DNA of 64,000 nucleotides from an uncultured delta proteobacterium (GTDB taxonomy: Bacteria > Desulfobacterota > Syntrophia > Syntrophales > Smithellaceae): contig CAVWEH010000002.1 of assembly GCA_963753975.1 (NCBI GenBank), forward strand, positions 64,001 to 128,000, read 5' to 3'. The notes beneath the pieces were generated by a model, which was not told where the DNA came from, searched no databases, and worked only from the letters and a program-made list of their open reading frames with translations. The translations under genes were made by a program, and so were the position numbers. Shown here in pieces: positions 35,185 to 46,496 of the stretch. Each line of letters begins with the position of its first letter. Position 1 is the first letter of the stretch.

Positions 35185-36973
35185 TTGTCTAAGCGCATAG
35201 TCATTTTATCCGAAGAAACGGCCAATAAAATTGCTGCCGGCGAAGTAGTGGAGAGACCAGCTTCTATTGTCAAAGAATTGGTGGAAAATTCCATTGATGC
35301 CGGAGCTGGAAATATCCGCATAGAATTGGAAAAGGGCGGCTGTCAATCAATCAAGGTCGTCGACGATGGTTCGGGAATCGAAAAAGAGGACGTGGCGCTG
35401 GTTTTTGAAAGGCATGCCACCAGTAAAATTAATAAATTTGAAGATATTTACAGTGTGCCATCTTTCGGTTTCCGCGGCGAGGCCATGCCGAGCATCGCTT
35501 CCATTGCGCACGTGGAGTTATTAACGCGCCGGGAAGGTGATTTAGAGGGCACAAAAGCTGTCGTGGAAGCAGGCAAAATCAAAGAAATAGCGCCCGCTGG
35601 ATGTCCTTTAGGCACGCAAATATTTGTGAACAGAATATTTGCCAATGTTCCCGCACGTAAGAAATTTTTAAAAACAGAATCTACGGAACAGAGTTTGTGC
35701 ATGGATGTGATTACCCGTTTGGCCCTGGCTCATCCGGAGATCCGCTTTAAAGTTTTAGTCAATGGGCGTGAAGTACTCGCCCTACCGGAGGCGAGCGAAA
35801 TAGCGGAGCGAATTGCCCTGGTAATGGGAATGGACTTTTCCGCCCATTGTATTTCCGTCCAGGAACAGAAGGATAGTGTCAGTTTGACTGGCTTCATTTC
35901 GCATCCGGAGTTTACCCGCTCCAACTCCAAAAGTATTTTTTTGTTCGTCAATAAACGTTTTATCCGCGATAACAGCATAACGCACGCCATATTATCCGCC
36001 TACCGTCAGGTTATTCCGCCACGGCGCTATCCGGCAGCTGTTTTGTTTATTGATCTGCCTCCCTTCGATGTTGATGTTAATGTTCATCCGGCCAAGATGG
36101 AAGTGCGCTTTAAGGATTCACGCGGAATTTATGAATTGGTTTCCGGCACAATTGCCCGGAATCTGGCTTCAGCGGGAAACCTGAAAGGAAGCTTCATCTA
36201 TCGGCTGGAACCGCGGGAAAAATCAATCAGTACGGGAATCGCGCGCCGGCCAGAAAAAATTCAAGAAAAATCAGCGGGTTTATTTTCCAGGCAAAATTTG
36301 CAGCAGGCGATTGATAATGATTTGCTCGCACGTTCAGTTTCGGAAAAAATAGCGAGTATCGAAAGCAGTGATGCCGCAGTAAAAGAACCTATAACTTTTA
36401 TCGACTTTAGATATTTGGGGCAATTTTTCAATACCTATCTCGTTTTTGCGGGCGATGATGGAATGCTTCTCATCGATCAACATGCCGCACATGAACGGAT
36501 AATGCTAGAACGACTTAAAAAAAGCAGAAGGACAGAAAATTATCTCTCAGCAATTGCTGATGCCCGAAGTCGTCAGCTTAAATCCTGCACAGATAGAATT
36601 ATTTTCCGGCTATATCGATTTTTTGAGCCAAATCGGTTTGGAAATTGAAATATTCGGCCGGGATGCAATTGTCGTTAAAGCGCTTCCCGCAATTTTATCC
36701 TCCATAGAGTCCAAGGAAATAGTTTATGATATTGCCGATCAATTAAGCGATCAAACTCGGGCATCTTCTTTGGAGGAAAAAAAGGAAAAAATATTTGCGT
36801 CGCTGGCTTGCAAAGCGGCAATCAAAGCCAATAGTCCTCTTTCTTCCGAAGAAGCAGAAGCACTTTGTCGCGATCTTACAGCAACTCCTTTTAATCTTAC
36901 CTGTCCCCATGGCCGTCCCATCAGTATTAAGTTCTCGCTCACTGAAATCGAAAGACTGTTCAAAAGAAAGTAA
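35185..36973 (+). CDS. mutL: DNA mismatch repair protein MutL; +1 frameshift in A7 run 36517-36523
   Basis: IAAGEVVERP, GFRGEAM, DVNVHPAK, DQHAAHER, ACKAA, CPHGRP. Confidence 0.95.
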
Positions 36974-36974
36974 A

Positions 36975-37904
36975 ATGAAAAAATTGCCATTGGTCATAAT
37001 TAATTCGCCTACGGCCACGGGTAAGACCGGACTGGCGATTGAACTGGCGCTGGATTTCGGAGGTGAAATAATCAGCGCCGATTCACTGCAAGTTTACCGT
37101 TACCTGGATATCGGGACGGCAAAACCGACAATGGAACAGAGAAATAAAGTTAAACATTATTTGATCGATGTTGTTGACCCCGACGAGGAATTTAACGCCG
37201 CTATTTTTACCGAAAAAGCGCGTACTATCATTGCCGAATTAGCCAGGAAGCGCAAGCCTGTATTTGTTGCGGGAGGAACGGGGCTCTACATCCGCGCACT
37301 ACTGCAAGGAATTATTGAAACGCCAAAGGTAGATGAAGATATAAGAAATTATTACCGTCATCTTGGCGAAATCCACGGAAAAGAATATCTTTTTAATTTA
37401 TTGCAAAAAAAGGATGCGCAAGCAGCGCAAAAAATAAAACCTAATGATTCAATCAGAGTGATCCGCGCGCTGGAAGTTTTGGACCAAAGCGGCGAATCAA
37501 TTATAGCCAAACAAAGCAGGCATTCATTTGCAGACAGTCCTTACCATACTTATAAAATCGGTCTGCAAGTTGATTCAGTGCAATTAAAAGAGAGAATTGC
37601 CCAAAGAACGGAGAAAATGATAGCTCAAGGATTGGTAAGCGAGGTGGAGAATATTTTAGAACGCGGTTACAGTAAAAAACTTAAGCCTTTGCAATCATTA
37701 GGTTATCGGCAGGTTATTAAATATTTATCGGGTGAATGTAAGTGGGAAGAGGCAGTGCGTTTAATTAATCGCGATACCAGGCATTACGCCAAGAGGCAGA
37801 TGACCTGGTTTGCCGCCGACAAGGAAATAAATTGGTTTAATCCTGATAGCTCAGAAGAAATAAAAAAAAATGTCGAGAGATTCTGGAAAGAAAATAGCTA
37901 TTAA
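36975..37904 (+). CDS. miaA: tRNA dimethylallyltransferase
   Basis: PTATGKT, DSLQVY, DIGTAKP, GGTGLY, YAKRQMTWF; follows mutL. Confidence 0.95.
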   Translation: MKKLPLVIINSPTATGKTGLAIELALDFGGEIISADSLQVYRYLDIGTAKPTMEQRNKVKHYLIDVVDPDEEFNAAIFTEKARTIIAELARKRKPVFVAGGTGLYIRALLQGIIETPKVDEDIRNYYRHLGEIHGKEYLFNLLQKKDAQAAQKIKPNDSIRVIRALEVLDQSGESIIAKQSRHSFADSPYHTYKIGLQVDSVQLKERIAQRTEKMIAQGLVSEVENILERGYSKKLKPLQSLGYRQVIKYLSGECKWEEAVRLINRDTRHYAKRQMTWFAADKEINWFNPDSSEEIKKNVERFWKENSY

Positions 37905-38037
37905 TAAGGATATGCAATATTACTTGACATCGGCAGGCGGTGAAGATAATTACATAAATCGGTTTCTATAGTTGTTGTTTTTAAAAAATAATTTCTTTTA
38001 AGAGTGCGTACAAATCCTTAAAGAAAAGGAAAATTAT

Positions 38038-39204
38038 ATGTTGGGTCCAGTCAGAATCAGCAAGATATTCGCTGCTTTTGTTTTTTTTGTCTGTTTTTTG
38101 TTGTTAGTTTCCTGCGCACCGAAGGAAAGGGTGGCGACAAGTCAACTGGATACTCCTGAACATCATACCTATACGGGATTAAAATTAATCGATCAGGAAA
38201 AATATGCCGATGCGCAAAGGGAATTTGAACTGGCGATTCAAGTGGATGCAAAGTATTCTAAAGCCTATACCGGAATGGCATTGGTTGAAATTTATACGGG
38301 TAATGTTGATGCCGCTTGGGATAACCTCAAAACCGGCCGGAAATATGCCAGGACTAATGAAGAAAAAATATTCGTTTATGTCAGCCGCATTCAGTACTAT
38401 ACACTAAGCAAGAGTGAAAAAAAATGGCTCGCCCTCGCTAAAGATGATTTCGATGAAGCCATAAAGCTTGATCCGAAAAATTCTGGTGCTTATTATTTCA
38501 TGGGTTTGGCTTACGAAGCCGGTCTAAATTTTGATTTGGCCGGTCAGATGTTTACAAAAGTGTTGGAACTGAAAACCGGTTATGTAGATAAGGCCGATGC
38601 ACAGTGGAAATTCCTGCAAAAAGTTCAGCAGGCAATGCCCGAAACAGCCACAGGGAAGCAGATTGCTCTGGTGGAGCGTCTTACCCGAGCGGACGCGGCG
38701 GCATTGTTCATGGAGGAATTAAAGATAGATGTGCTTTACAAAAAAAGAACACCGAAAACTATTGACACTTCATTTAAGAATCCGGAAAAGGCTGCAACAA
38801 AAACTGCCAAAATAACGGCCAAAGATATTGCCGATCAACCTTTAAAAAAAGATATCGAAGGTATCCTGCAAATCGGATTACACGGATTGGAAAATTATCC
38901 GGACGGCAATTTTCAGCCGGAAGAATTGGTTACCCGAGCCGCTTACGCAATGATGTTGGAAGACGTATTGATTAAGGTGAGCGGAGATAATTCCTTGGCG
39001 ACAAAATTTATCGGTTCGGCTTCTCCTTTTCCTGATTTGAGGGCTGACTCGCCTTATTTCAACGCGATAATGGTTGTTACTTCCCGGGGTATCATGGAGG
39101 CAAAGAATATAACTACCGGTGAATTCGCGCCGCTAAGTCCCGTGGCCGGTGTTGATGCCCTTTTGATTATTCGCAAAATCAAGGAAGAATTGAAGTTTGA
39201 TTAA
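38038..39204 (+). CDS. TPR + SLH-domain lipoprotein
   Basis: Lipobox LVSC; TPR-like repeats; SLH-like YPDGNFQPEELVTRA. Confidence 0.75.
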   Translation: MLGPVRISKIFAAFVFFVCFLLLVSCAPKERVATSQLDTPEHHTYTGLKLIDQEKYADAQREFELAIQVDAKYSKAYTGMALVEIYTGNVDAAWDNLKTGRKYARTNEEKIFVYVSRIQYYTLSKSEKKWLALAKDDFDEAIKLDPKNSGAYYFMGLAYEAGLNFDLAGQMFTKVLELKTGYVDKADAQWKFLQKVQQAMPETATGKQIALVERLTRADAAALFMEELKIDVLYKKRTPKTIDTSFKNPEKAATKTAKITAKDIADQPLKKDIEGILQIGLHGLENYPDGNFQPEELVTRAAYAMMLEDVLIKVSGDNSLATKFIGSASPFPDLRADSPYFNAIMVVTSRGIMEAKNITTGEFAPLSPVAGVDALLIIRKIKEELKFD

Positions 39205-39290
39205 TCGGATTTTTATATGAATAGGTTTAAACGGGCGGGATATTTTATGTCCCGCCTAAATTTTAATGAGCAGTTTGCGGAGAAGTTAAT

Positions 39291-39311
39291 AAAGGGCGTG
39301 CCGCCCTTTTT
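39291..39311 (+). terminator. Intrinsic terminator
   Basis: aaagggcg-tgc-cgcccttttt; another hairpin ggcggga..tcccgcc lies ~35 nt upstream. Confidence 0.65.
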
Positions 39312-39401
39312 ATTTGTGAAACTCCAATTCCGTAAGCGAAGCACAACGAAATTGGTTAGTTGAACAATCCCGCAAAGCGGAGGGTACATAATACCCGTGA
39401 T
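39306..39401 (+). repeat. Dispersed structured repeat, copy 3
   Basis: ccaattccgt/acgaaattgg stem, loop aaGCGAAGCaca, ttagttgaacaatcccgcaaagcggaggg...cccgtgat; closely matches 59544-59710. Confidence 0.85.
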
Positions 39402-39431
39402 TAATGCTCAATCGGAGTGAAAGTTTTAAAA

Positions 39432-42089
39432 ATGGCAAGAAGAGAATTAGGCAAGGCATTTGAACCGCAGGAGGCGGAAAAAAGGCTGTACGATTACTGG
39501 CTGAAGAATAATTTATTTCACGCCCATGATAAAAGTAAAGCTCGAGCTTTTTCCATAGTAATACCGCCTCCCAACGTAACCGGAATGCTGCACATGGGGC
39601 ATGCTTTGAATAACACCCTGCAGGATGTTATTATTCGTTTCAAAAGGATGCAGGGTTTCAATACCCTTTGGATGCCGGGCATGGATCATGCCGGGATTGC
39701 GACACAAAATGTAGTGGAACAGGAATTGGCCAAAGAAGGACTATCGCGTCACGATCTAGGGCGAGAGAAATTTATTGCCCGCGTCTGGAAATGGAAAGAA
39801 AAATACGGCGGCGTAATTATCAATCAATTAAAGAGGCTGGGTTGCTCCTGTGACTGGGAAAGGGAGCGCTTTACGATGGACGAAGGTTTATCTCAGGCGG
39901 TGCGGGAAGTCTTCGTCCGGTTATATAACGACGGATTGATTTACCAGGGAGACTATATTGTCAATTGGTGCCCGCGTTGCCATACGGCTATTTCGGATTT
40001 AGAAGTGGAATTCAGAGAGGATGCGAGTTTCCTGTGGAATATCCGTTATCCTTTTGCCGATGGCCATGGAGAAATCATTGTAGCTACAACACGTCCGGAG
40101 ACAATGCTGGGCGATACCGCAGTGGCGGTGAATCCCCAGGATAAAAGATACAAAGATAAAGTCGGCCGATATGTAATTTTGCCTTTAGTCAATAAAAAAA
40201 TCCCTATTATTGCCGACGAATATGTAACAATGGACTTTGGCTCGGGCGCAGTCAAGATTACGCCCGGCTCGGACCCCAATGACTTTGCCATGGCCCAGCG
40301 CCATAATCTGGAAATCATCACGATAATGGATGGCAAGGGTATAATTAATGAAAACGGCGGAATTTACCAGGGACAGGACCGTTACGAAGCGCGCAAAAAT
40401 GTAATAGCCGATTTGGAAAAAGGCAAATATCTCGTCAGCACTGAACCCTACTCGCACAGTATCGGCCAGTGTTATCGCTGTAAAACAGATATCGAGCCGA
40501 TGGTTTCCAAGCAGTGGTTTGTAAAAATAAAACCGTTGGCCAAGCGGGCGATCTGGGCTGTAGTTGAAGGTAAAACAAGGATCATCCCCAATACCTGGGA
40601 GGCAACTTACTTTGAATGGATGAACAATATCCGTGATTGGTGTATTTCCCGGCAATTATGGTGGGGTCACCGGATTCCCGTTTGGTATTGCGATAACTGC
40701 GGCAAAATAATTGTGACGACGAACGATCCGGATAAATGCCCGGGTTGCGGCGGCGGATCGTTGAAGCAGGATGAAGACGTTCTCGATACCTGGTTTTCCT
40801 CCGCTCTCTGGCCCTTTTCCACATTAGGCTGGCCCGCAAAAACACAAGCCCTGAAAACATTTTATCCCACATCCTTGCTGATTACGGGATTTGATATTCT
40901 TTTTTTCTGGGTGGCGCGCATGATGATGATGGGTCTTTATGTTATGAAGGAAGTTCCATTTAAGGACGTTTATTTGCATGCCCTTGTACGGGACGAAAAA
41001 GGGGAGAAGATGAGCAAATCCAGCGGCAATATTATTGATCCGCTGGTAATGATCGAGAAGTACGGTACGGACGCTTTTCGCTTCACTCTGGCGGCTTATA
41101 CTGCGCAGGGACGCGATGTGCGCATGTCGCCGGAGAGAATTGAAGGGTACAAATTTTTTGTCAATAAGATCTGGAATGCCGCAAAGCTCACTTTCAGCAA
41201 TCTGGAAGACTATGATGAGCAGAGTGTTGCATCGTCAACAGAATCGCTTCCCGATAAATGGATTAAGGCCAAATTTAACAAAGTCGTGGAAGAAGTTACA
41301 AAGAGTCTTGACGAGTATCGCTTCAATGATGCCGCTGCGGCCATTTATCGGTTTATCTGGCACGAGTTTTGTGACTGGTATCTGGAACTCAGCAAACCGG
41401 CCCTTTACGGTAAGGTTGGCGTTAAAGAACGACAAGCGGCTCAACGAACGCTGTATGATGTATTTGGAGCAACGCTTAAACTATTGCACCCGTTTATGCC
41501 TTTCGTTACAGAAGATCTTTGGCAGACATTATCCCAAAGCACGGAGAAATCAATTATGGTCGCCTCCTTCCCTTCGCTGAATAAAACATGGAAAGATGAA
41601 AAGGCCGAGAAGGAGATGCAATTCTTAATGGATATTATTACGAGCATCCGCAACATTCGCGGAGAAATGCGAATACCTCCGTCCCGTAAACTGCAAGTTC
41701 TAATTTCTGCGCCTGACGAGCAGGCAAGAAATATAATTGCCGACGGAAAAGATTACGTAACTAACATGGCTAATCTGGAAACATTGAAAGTGGGGACAGA
41801 TTTAATTGAGCCTAAAGGAGTGGCCACGGGAGTCGTCGGTTCGACAAAAATATTTGTTCCTCTCGCCGGCATCGTCGATGTAACCGATGAAAAAGCTCGC
41901 CTGCAGAAAGAAATTGCAAAAATCGAGAAAGATTTGCAGCAGACCTCGAAAAAACTTTCCAATCGGGATTTTATAGAAAAAGCTGCGGAAGCTATCATAA
42001 AAAAAGAAGAAGAAAGATTAAGAGAATTTAAAGAGCGGCATGCCGCATTGGAGGCTGCTTTAAAGAAGTTGCAAGAAATTATTATATAG
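39432..42089 (+). CDS. valS: Valine--tRNA ligase
   Basis: PPPNVTG.LHMGH, DWCISRQLWWGH, KMSKS, C-terminal coiled coil. Confidence 0.97.
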   Translation: MARRELGKAFEPQEAEKRLYDYWLKNNLFHAHDKSKARAFSIVIPPPNVTGMLHMGHALNNTLQDVIIRFKRMQGFNTLWMPGMDHAGIATQNVVEQELAKEGLSRHDLGREKFIARVWKWKEKYGGVIINQLKRLGCSCDWERERFTMDEGLSQAVREVFVRLYNDGLIYQGDYIVNWCPRCHTAISDLEVEFREDASFLWNIRYPFADGHGEIIVATTRPETMLGDTAVAVNPQDKRYKDKVGRYVILPLVNKKIPIIADEYVTMDFGSGAVKITPGSDPNDFAMAQRHNLEIITIMDGKGIINENGGIYQGQDRYEARKNVIADLEKGKYLVSTEPYSHSIGQCYRCKTDIEPMVSKQWFVKIKPLAKRAIWAVVEGKTRIIPNTWEATYFEWMNNIRDWCISRQLWWGHRIPVWYCDNCGKIIVTTNDPDKCPGCGGGSLKQDEDVLDTWFSSALWPFSTLGWPAKTQALKTFYPTSLLITGFDILFFWVARMMMMGLYVMKEVPFKDVYLHALVRDEKGEKMSKSSGNIIDPLVMIEKYGTDAFRFTLAAYTAQGRDVRMSPERIEGYKFFVNKIWNAAKLTFSNLEDYDEQSVASSTESLPDKWIKAKFNKVVEEVTKSLDEYRFNDAAAAIYRFIWHEFCDWYLELSKPALYGKVGVKERQAAQRTLYDVFGATLKLLHPFMPFVTEDLWQTLSQSTEKSIMVASFPSLNKTWKDEKAEKEMQFLMDIITSIRNIRGEMRIPPSRKLQVLISAPDEQARNIIADGKDYVTNMANLETLKVGTDLIEPKGVATGVVGSTKIFVPLAGIVDVTDEKARLQKEIAKIEKDLQQTSKKLSNRDFIEKAAEAIIKKEEERLREFKERHAALEAALKKLQEIII

Positions 42090-42123
42090 ACAGAAACGTT
42101 TTATTTAAACAAGAGCGATAGGT

Positions 42124-42984
42124 ATGACAAAAAAGGAAAAAACGTTCGACAAAGAAATACTGCGAATTATAAAAAATGCGCTTGCTGAAGATATCGGCAG
42201 AGGAGACATAACCACACAGGCAATTATCCGTGAAGATAGGAGAGGGCAGGCACAAGCCATTGCGAAAGATGATTTTACCATAGCGGGAATTGATGTTTTC
42301 CAAAAAACGTTTCTTTTTTTGGATGAGCACATCGAATTTGAGGTTTTAATCGGTGACGGGAAAAAAGTAAAAAAAAGCGAGACTATCGCTCATGTTACCG
42401 GACCGCTTGCCTCAATTCTTGGGGCCGAGCGAGTAGCCCTCAATCTTTTTCAACGGATGTGCGGTATAGCAACTTTAACGGGAAAATTTGTGGAAGCCGT
42501 GCAGGGGTCAAAAGCAAAAATTCTCGATACCCGCAAAACAGCGCCCGGTTTGCGTCTCCTGGATAAGATGGCTGTTAAGATTGGTGGAGGATTTAACCAC
42601 CGGATGGGGCTCTATGACGGCGTTTTGATCAAGGACAATCACATTGCCGCTGCGGGCGGTATTACCGCCGCGGTAGAGGCGCAAAGGCACAGCCTGACCA
42701 AAAAGTTGAAAATTGAAGTAGAAGCCAAAAACTTAACGGAAGTCGAGGAAGCGTTAAAATCCGGTACGGATATTATCATGCTTGATAATATGCCTGTCGA
42801 GGAAATGTCGAAAGCCGTGGCGCTGGTCAAGGGGAGGGCGCTTCTGGAAGCATCCGGCAATGTCAGCATGCAAAATGTCGCCCGGATTGCGGCTACCGGC
42901 GTAGATTTTATTTCAGTGGGGGAAATTACGCATTCGGTAAGAGCGGCAGATATTGCTTTAAAAATTATGGCTGTCGCAATTTGA
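42124..42984 (+). CDS. nadC: Quinolinate phosphoribosyltransferase
   Basis: DTRKTAPG, HRMGL.D..LIKDNH, IEVE, IMLDN, EASG. Confidence 0.95.
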   Translation: MTKKEKTFDKEILRIIKNALAEDIGRGDITTQAIIREDRRGQAQAIAKDDFTIAGIDVFQKTFLFLDEHIEFEVLIGDGKKVKKSETIAHVTGPLASILGAERVALNLFQRMCGIATLTGKFVEAVQGSKAKILDTRKTAPGLRLLDKMAVKIGGGFNHRMGLYDGVLIKDNHIAAAGGITAAVEAQRHSLTKKLKIEVEAKNLTEVEEALKSGTDIIMLDNMPVEEMSKAVALVKGRALLEASGNVSMQNVARIAATGVDFISVGEITHSVRAADIALKIMAVAI

Positions 42985-43137
42985 GAAATTTATTATTTGT
43001 TTAAGATGTTTAAATAAAAAAATTGACAAAAAAATGCCAATATTATTTATTGCCGGAATGCACTGCAAGTAATTACATTAACGAAGTTTCACCGATGGAA
43101 TAAATTATAACTATAAAATATTTAAAGTGGAGTGGAT

Positions 43138-43644
43138 ATGGCAATCGAACAAACATTGATCCTTATTAAACCCGACGGGCTTGTTAAATCGCTCACTGGT
43201 AACGTCATTTCCAGATTGTCGGAAGCAAAACTGATTATTATGGGAGCGAAAGTTGTACGCGTCAATCGGGAGCTTGCTGAAAAACATTATGAACATCTCA
43301 AAGAAAAACCATTTTTTGCCGAATTAATCAGCTATATCATGGGAGATGTGCACAAAACGTATAGAGTGCTTGCTTTAGTGTATCAGGGTGAGGATGCTAT
43401 AAAGAAAATCCGGGATATTGTGGGTGATACCGACCCGGAAAAGGCAAATCCGGTATCAATAAGAGGAGCATATGGAAGAATTACGACAAGTGGGGTATTT
43501 GAAAATGTTGTCCACGCCTCCTCTAATCCTGAAGACGCGGAAAAAGAGATAAAGCTCTGGTTTCAGCCCGATGAGGTCGTCGAAGATTTATATCCGATAA
43601 AAGAAGTGACCATTAATAATTTAAAAAAGGTCGTTTGGGCGTAA
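43138..43644 (+). CDS. ndk: Nucleoside diphosphate kinase
   Basis: EQTLILIKPDG, SIRG, NVVHAS. Confidence 0.92.
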   Translation: MAIEQTLILIKPDGLVKSLTGNVISRLSEAKLIIMGAKVVRVNRELAEKHYEHLKEKPFFAELISYIMGDVHKTYRVLALVYQGEDAIKKIRDIVGDTDPEKANPVSIRGAYGRITTSGVFENVVHASSNPEDAEKEIKLWFQPDEVVEDLYPIKEVTINNLKKVVWA

Positions 43645-43757
43645 TAAAAACATCAAAGTCAAAGCCCGGACGCCGTCTTTATAAAATTTAATATCTGTGG
43701 TTGAAATTGTTATTCGAAAATTAACCTAAGATATTCTCTCCAAATTATTTTATCTTT

Positions 43758-44573
43758 ATGGCTTATGACGTTCAGTTATTGGAAAATAAGCTTGCGGGAA
43801 GTCTTATCGGACATAAGATCCATTTTTATCCGGGAATCGGTTCCACGAATGATAAGGCATTTGATCTTGCCACCGCAGGTTCGCCGGAAGGGACTGTCGT
43901 AATCGCCGACAGCCAGACCGAAGGCAGAGGGCGCCTGCGGAGAGTCTGGCATTCGCCGGCTGGAAGTAATATTTACACTTCCATTATCCTGCGTCCCAAC
44001 TTAGAGCCGGCTCGTGCGCCGCAGATTTCTATATTGGCCGGTGTCGCAATAGCCGAAATTATGGATAATTTCTGCCCCGGCATGGTTAATCTGAAATGGC
44101 CCAATGATGTTCTTGTGCAGGGGAAAAAAGTATGCGGAATTCTCGCGCAAATGAAAACATCAACAAGCCGTGTTGATTTTATTATCTTGGGTATTGGCAT
44201 TAATATAAATATTAACTATAATCAATTGCCGCAGGATATTAAAAATACCGCTACGTCTTTAGCTATAGAAACAGGCCGGAATATTTCCCGTCAGGAATTA
44301 ATAATTGGCCTGTATGAAAATCTGACAAAATGGTATAAAAAGCTTATTATAGACGGATTTAGCACTGTAAAAGGAAAGTGGTTAAGCATGGCGCCGATGA
44401 TTGGAAAGAGGGTTCAGATAATATCCGGTGATAAAGTGGTAAGCGGGAAGGCCTTGGGCATCGACGAACAAGGTTCACTTCTGCTGCTTACGGCGGAAAA
44501 CAGAAGAATCAAGATATTCGCGGGAGATGCAACAATATTAAAGGAGACTCAAAATAATGTTGCTGGTAATTGA
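43758..44573 (+). CDS. birA: Biotin--protein ligase without N-terminal HTH
   Basis: STND, QTEGRGR, KWPND, KVCGIL, GIGIN. Confidence 0.92.
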   Translation: MAYDVQLLENKLAGSLIGHKIHFYPGIGSTNDKAFDLATAGSPEGTVVIADSQTEGRGRLRRVWHSPAGSNIYTSIILRPNLEPARAPQISILAGVAIAEIMDNFCPGMVNLKWPNDVLVQGKKVCGILAQMKTSTSRVDFIILGIGINININYNQLPQDIKNTATSLAIETGRNISRQELIIGLYENLTKWYKKLIIDGFSTVKGKWLSMAPMIGKRVQIISGDKVVSGKALGIDEQGSLLLLTAENRRIKIFAGDATILKETQNNVAGN

Positions 44574-45336
44574 CGTAGGCAATACCAATACGGTGCTGGG
44601 ACTTTATGACGGCGATCAGCTGATTCATGACTGGAGAATTCGCACAGAGATTGATCATACAATTGATGAATACGGCATGCTAATTTTTAATTTGTATCAA
44701 TCCAGCAGGATAAAAACTGAGAAACTCAGGGCGGTCAGTGCGATTATTATTTCGTGTGTAGTACCGCCGATGCTTAATATCCTGGAACCTTTGTGCGTAA
44801 AATATTTCAATGTAAAACCGTTGATCGTAGGACCCGGTATTAAAACAGGAATGCCTATTTTCTATGATAATCCCAAAGAAGTAGGAGCCGATAGAATCGT
44901 CAATGCCGTTGCCGCTTACGATAAATACCGGCAGGCGGCGATTATAATTGATTTCGGTACGGCAACGACTTTCGATTATATTTCACCGAAAGGGGAATAC
45001 ATGGGGGGATGTATCGCGCCGGGAATAATGATTTCCAGCGAAGCGCTATTTGAACGGGCGGCAAGGCTTCCCCGTGTGGAATTGAGCAAGCCTAAATCGG
45101 TGGTGACCAAAGATACGGTAAGCGCAATACAGGCGGGAATTATCTTTGGTTACGCTGGACTTATTGACGGCATCGTAGAGAGGATGAAAGCCGAAATAAA
45201 AACCAAACCCCTGGTAATTGCCACAGGAGGATTGGCTAGTTTAGTGACGTCCGAAACAAAATGTATCGATAAGGTCGAAGATATGCTTACTTTGGAAGGT
45301 TTGCGCATCATTTATAATTTAAATAGCAAATCATGA
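44557..45336 (+). CDS. coaX: Type III pantothenate kinase
   Basis: IDVGNTN, VGADR, DFGTATT, ATGG. Confidence 0.95.
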   Translation: MLLVIDVGNTNTVLGLYDGDQLIHDWRIRTEIDHTIDEYGMLIFNLYQSSRIKTEKLRAVSAIIISCVVPPMLNILEPLCVKYFNVKPLIVGPGIKTGMPIFYDNPKEVGADRIVNAVAAYDKYRQAAIIIDFGTATTFDYISPKGEYMGGCIAPGIMISSEALFERAARLPRVELSKPKSVVTKDTVSAIQAGIIFGYAGLIDGIVERMKAEIKTKPLVIATGGLASLVTSETKCIDKVEDMLTLEGLRIIYNLNSKS

Positions 45337-45388
45337 TGGGTCGTCCGGCATTCATGATTTCAGGATTCATTACGGGATTACCAAAAAA

Positions 45389-46027
45389 ATGTTAAACGTC
45401 GGATTGACGGGAGGTATTGCTTGCGGAAAATCTACAGTAGGCCGCATCTTTATTCGGCACGGCGCTCATCTAATTGATTTCGATGAGCTTGCGCACAATG
45501 TCGAAAAACCGGGACAACCTGCTTGGGAAAAAATCGTCGAATATTTTGGCGAAAGTATACTGCTTACGGATAAAAAAATTGACCGGTATAAATTAGCTCA
45601 GATTGTTTTTGCCGATTTACAAAAGCTCAAGACCCTCAATAGCATCGTTCATCCTTATGTATTGGAAGAATGGCGTTCGCATTTAGAAAAAATTAATGAA
45701 AGTGAAAATAACGCCATCGTTTTATCGGACGTCCCTCTCTTGTTTGAAGAAAAGATGCAGCATCTTTTCGACTTAACTTTGTTGGTTTTAATATCTCCCG
45801 CCCAGCAAATTCAAAGGCTGATTGCCCGCAATGGTTTGACGAGAGATGAAGCCAAAAGAAGGCTGATGAATCAAATGCCGATTGGTGAAAAGGCTCGCCT
45901 GGCGGATATTGTGATTGATAATCAAAAGCCCGTTGCCGAAACTGAAAAAAAAGTGGAAGAAGTATGGCAAAAGCTTTTAAAAATTGAAAAAAATAAAACC
46001 CGGCATAAAAGCAGAGAAGAAACTTAA
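45389..46027 (+). CDS. coaE: Dephospho-CoA kinase
   Basis: VGLTGGIACGKST, IVHP, DVPLLFE, ADIVIDN. Confidence 0.95.
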   Translation: MLNVGLTGGIACGKSTVGRIFIRHGAHLIDFDELAHNVEKPGQPAWEKIVEYFGESILLTDKKIDRYKLAQIVFADLQKLKTLNSIVHPYVLEEWRSHLEKINESENNAIVLSDVPLLFEEKMQHLFDLTLLVLISPAQQIQRLIARNGLTRDEAKRRLMNQMPIGEKARLADIVIDNQKPVAETEKKVEEVWQKLLKIEKNKTRHKSREET

Positions 46028-46075
46028 AATTACTGTCTTTCTGATTTTTAAGAATATTATTGCGAAGGCAAAAAA

Positions 46076-46443
46076 GTGATTGAAAAGTATCTTCCCGATT
46101 TCTGTACACGCAGACCAGTAGCGGTAATACGGAATGTAATCTTAGGCAAGAATGTTGTGGGTGATGATTTCAATATGCGGGATGGCGTTGTGATTCACGT
46201 CCGGGAAACTGAAATTTACGGGAAACCGTAGAGAAGAATCTTTGTGAAATGAAAGGAAAGAAATACGCTGTTTATGCGGGCAGCCGCGTTGCGCTCACTC
46301 GCCAGGTGCAAATTCACGGGCCGTCTGTGGTTATGGACAATACTTTTGTGCGCATGAAATTTTTTGTATTTAAATCCATTGTCGGACGCGATTGTGTGAT
46401 TGAACCGGCGGCAGTTCTTAGGGGCGCGAAGATCGCTGAGTAA
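46076..46443 (+). pseudogene. Degraded gamma-class carbonic anhydrase (Cam-like)
   Basis: MIEK...VILGKNVVGDDFNMRDGVVIH.RETE, TAG/frameshift, then KKYAVYAG...QVQIHGP...FVFKS; RGDEG segment absent, AHQ replaced by TRQ. Confidence 0.75.
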
Positions 46444-46496
46444 ACATTGCTCTGACGAAAGGCTATCTGGCAACGGCAAAAAATAATGGAAGAACT

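Noticed and set aside
36517..36524. Programmed -1 frameshift at AAAAAAAG in mutL (mutator switch)
   Set aside because: Restoring the frame needs +1, not -1, and eight similar +1 events occur in the window; an artefact is more parsimonious, though reads should be checked.
39306..39431. T-box leader upstream of valS
   Set aside because: No GGTGGNACC T-box motif; the structure is a copy of the dispersed repeat also found beside unrelated genes.
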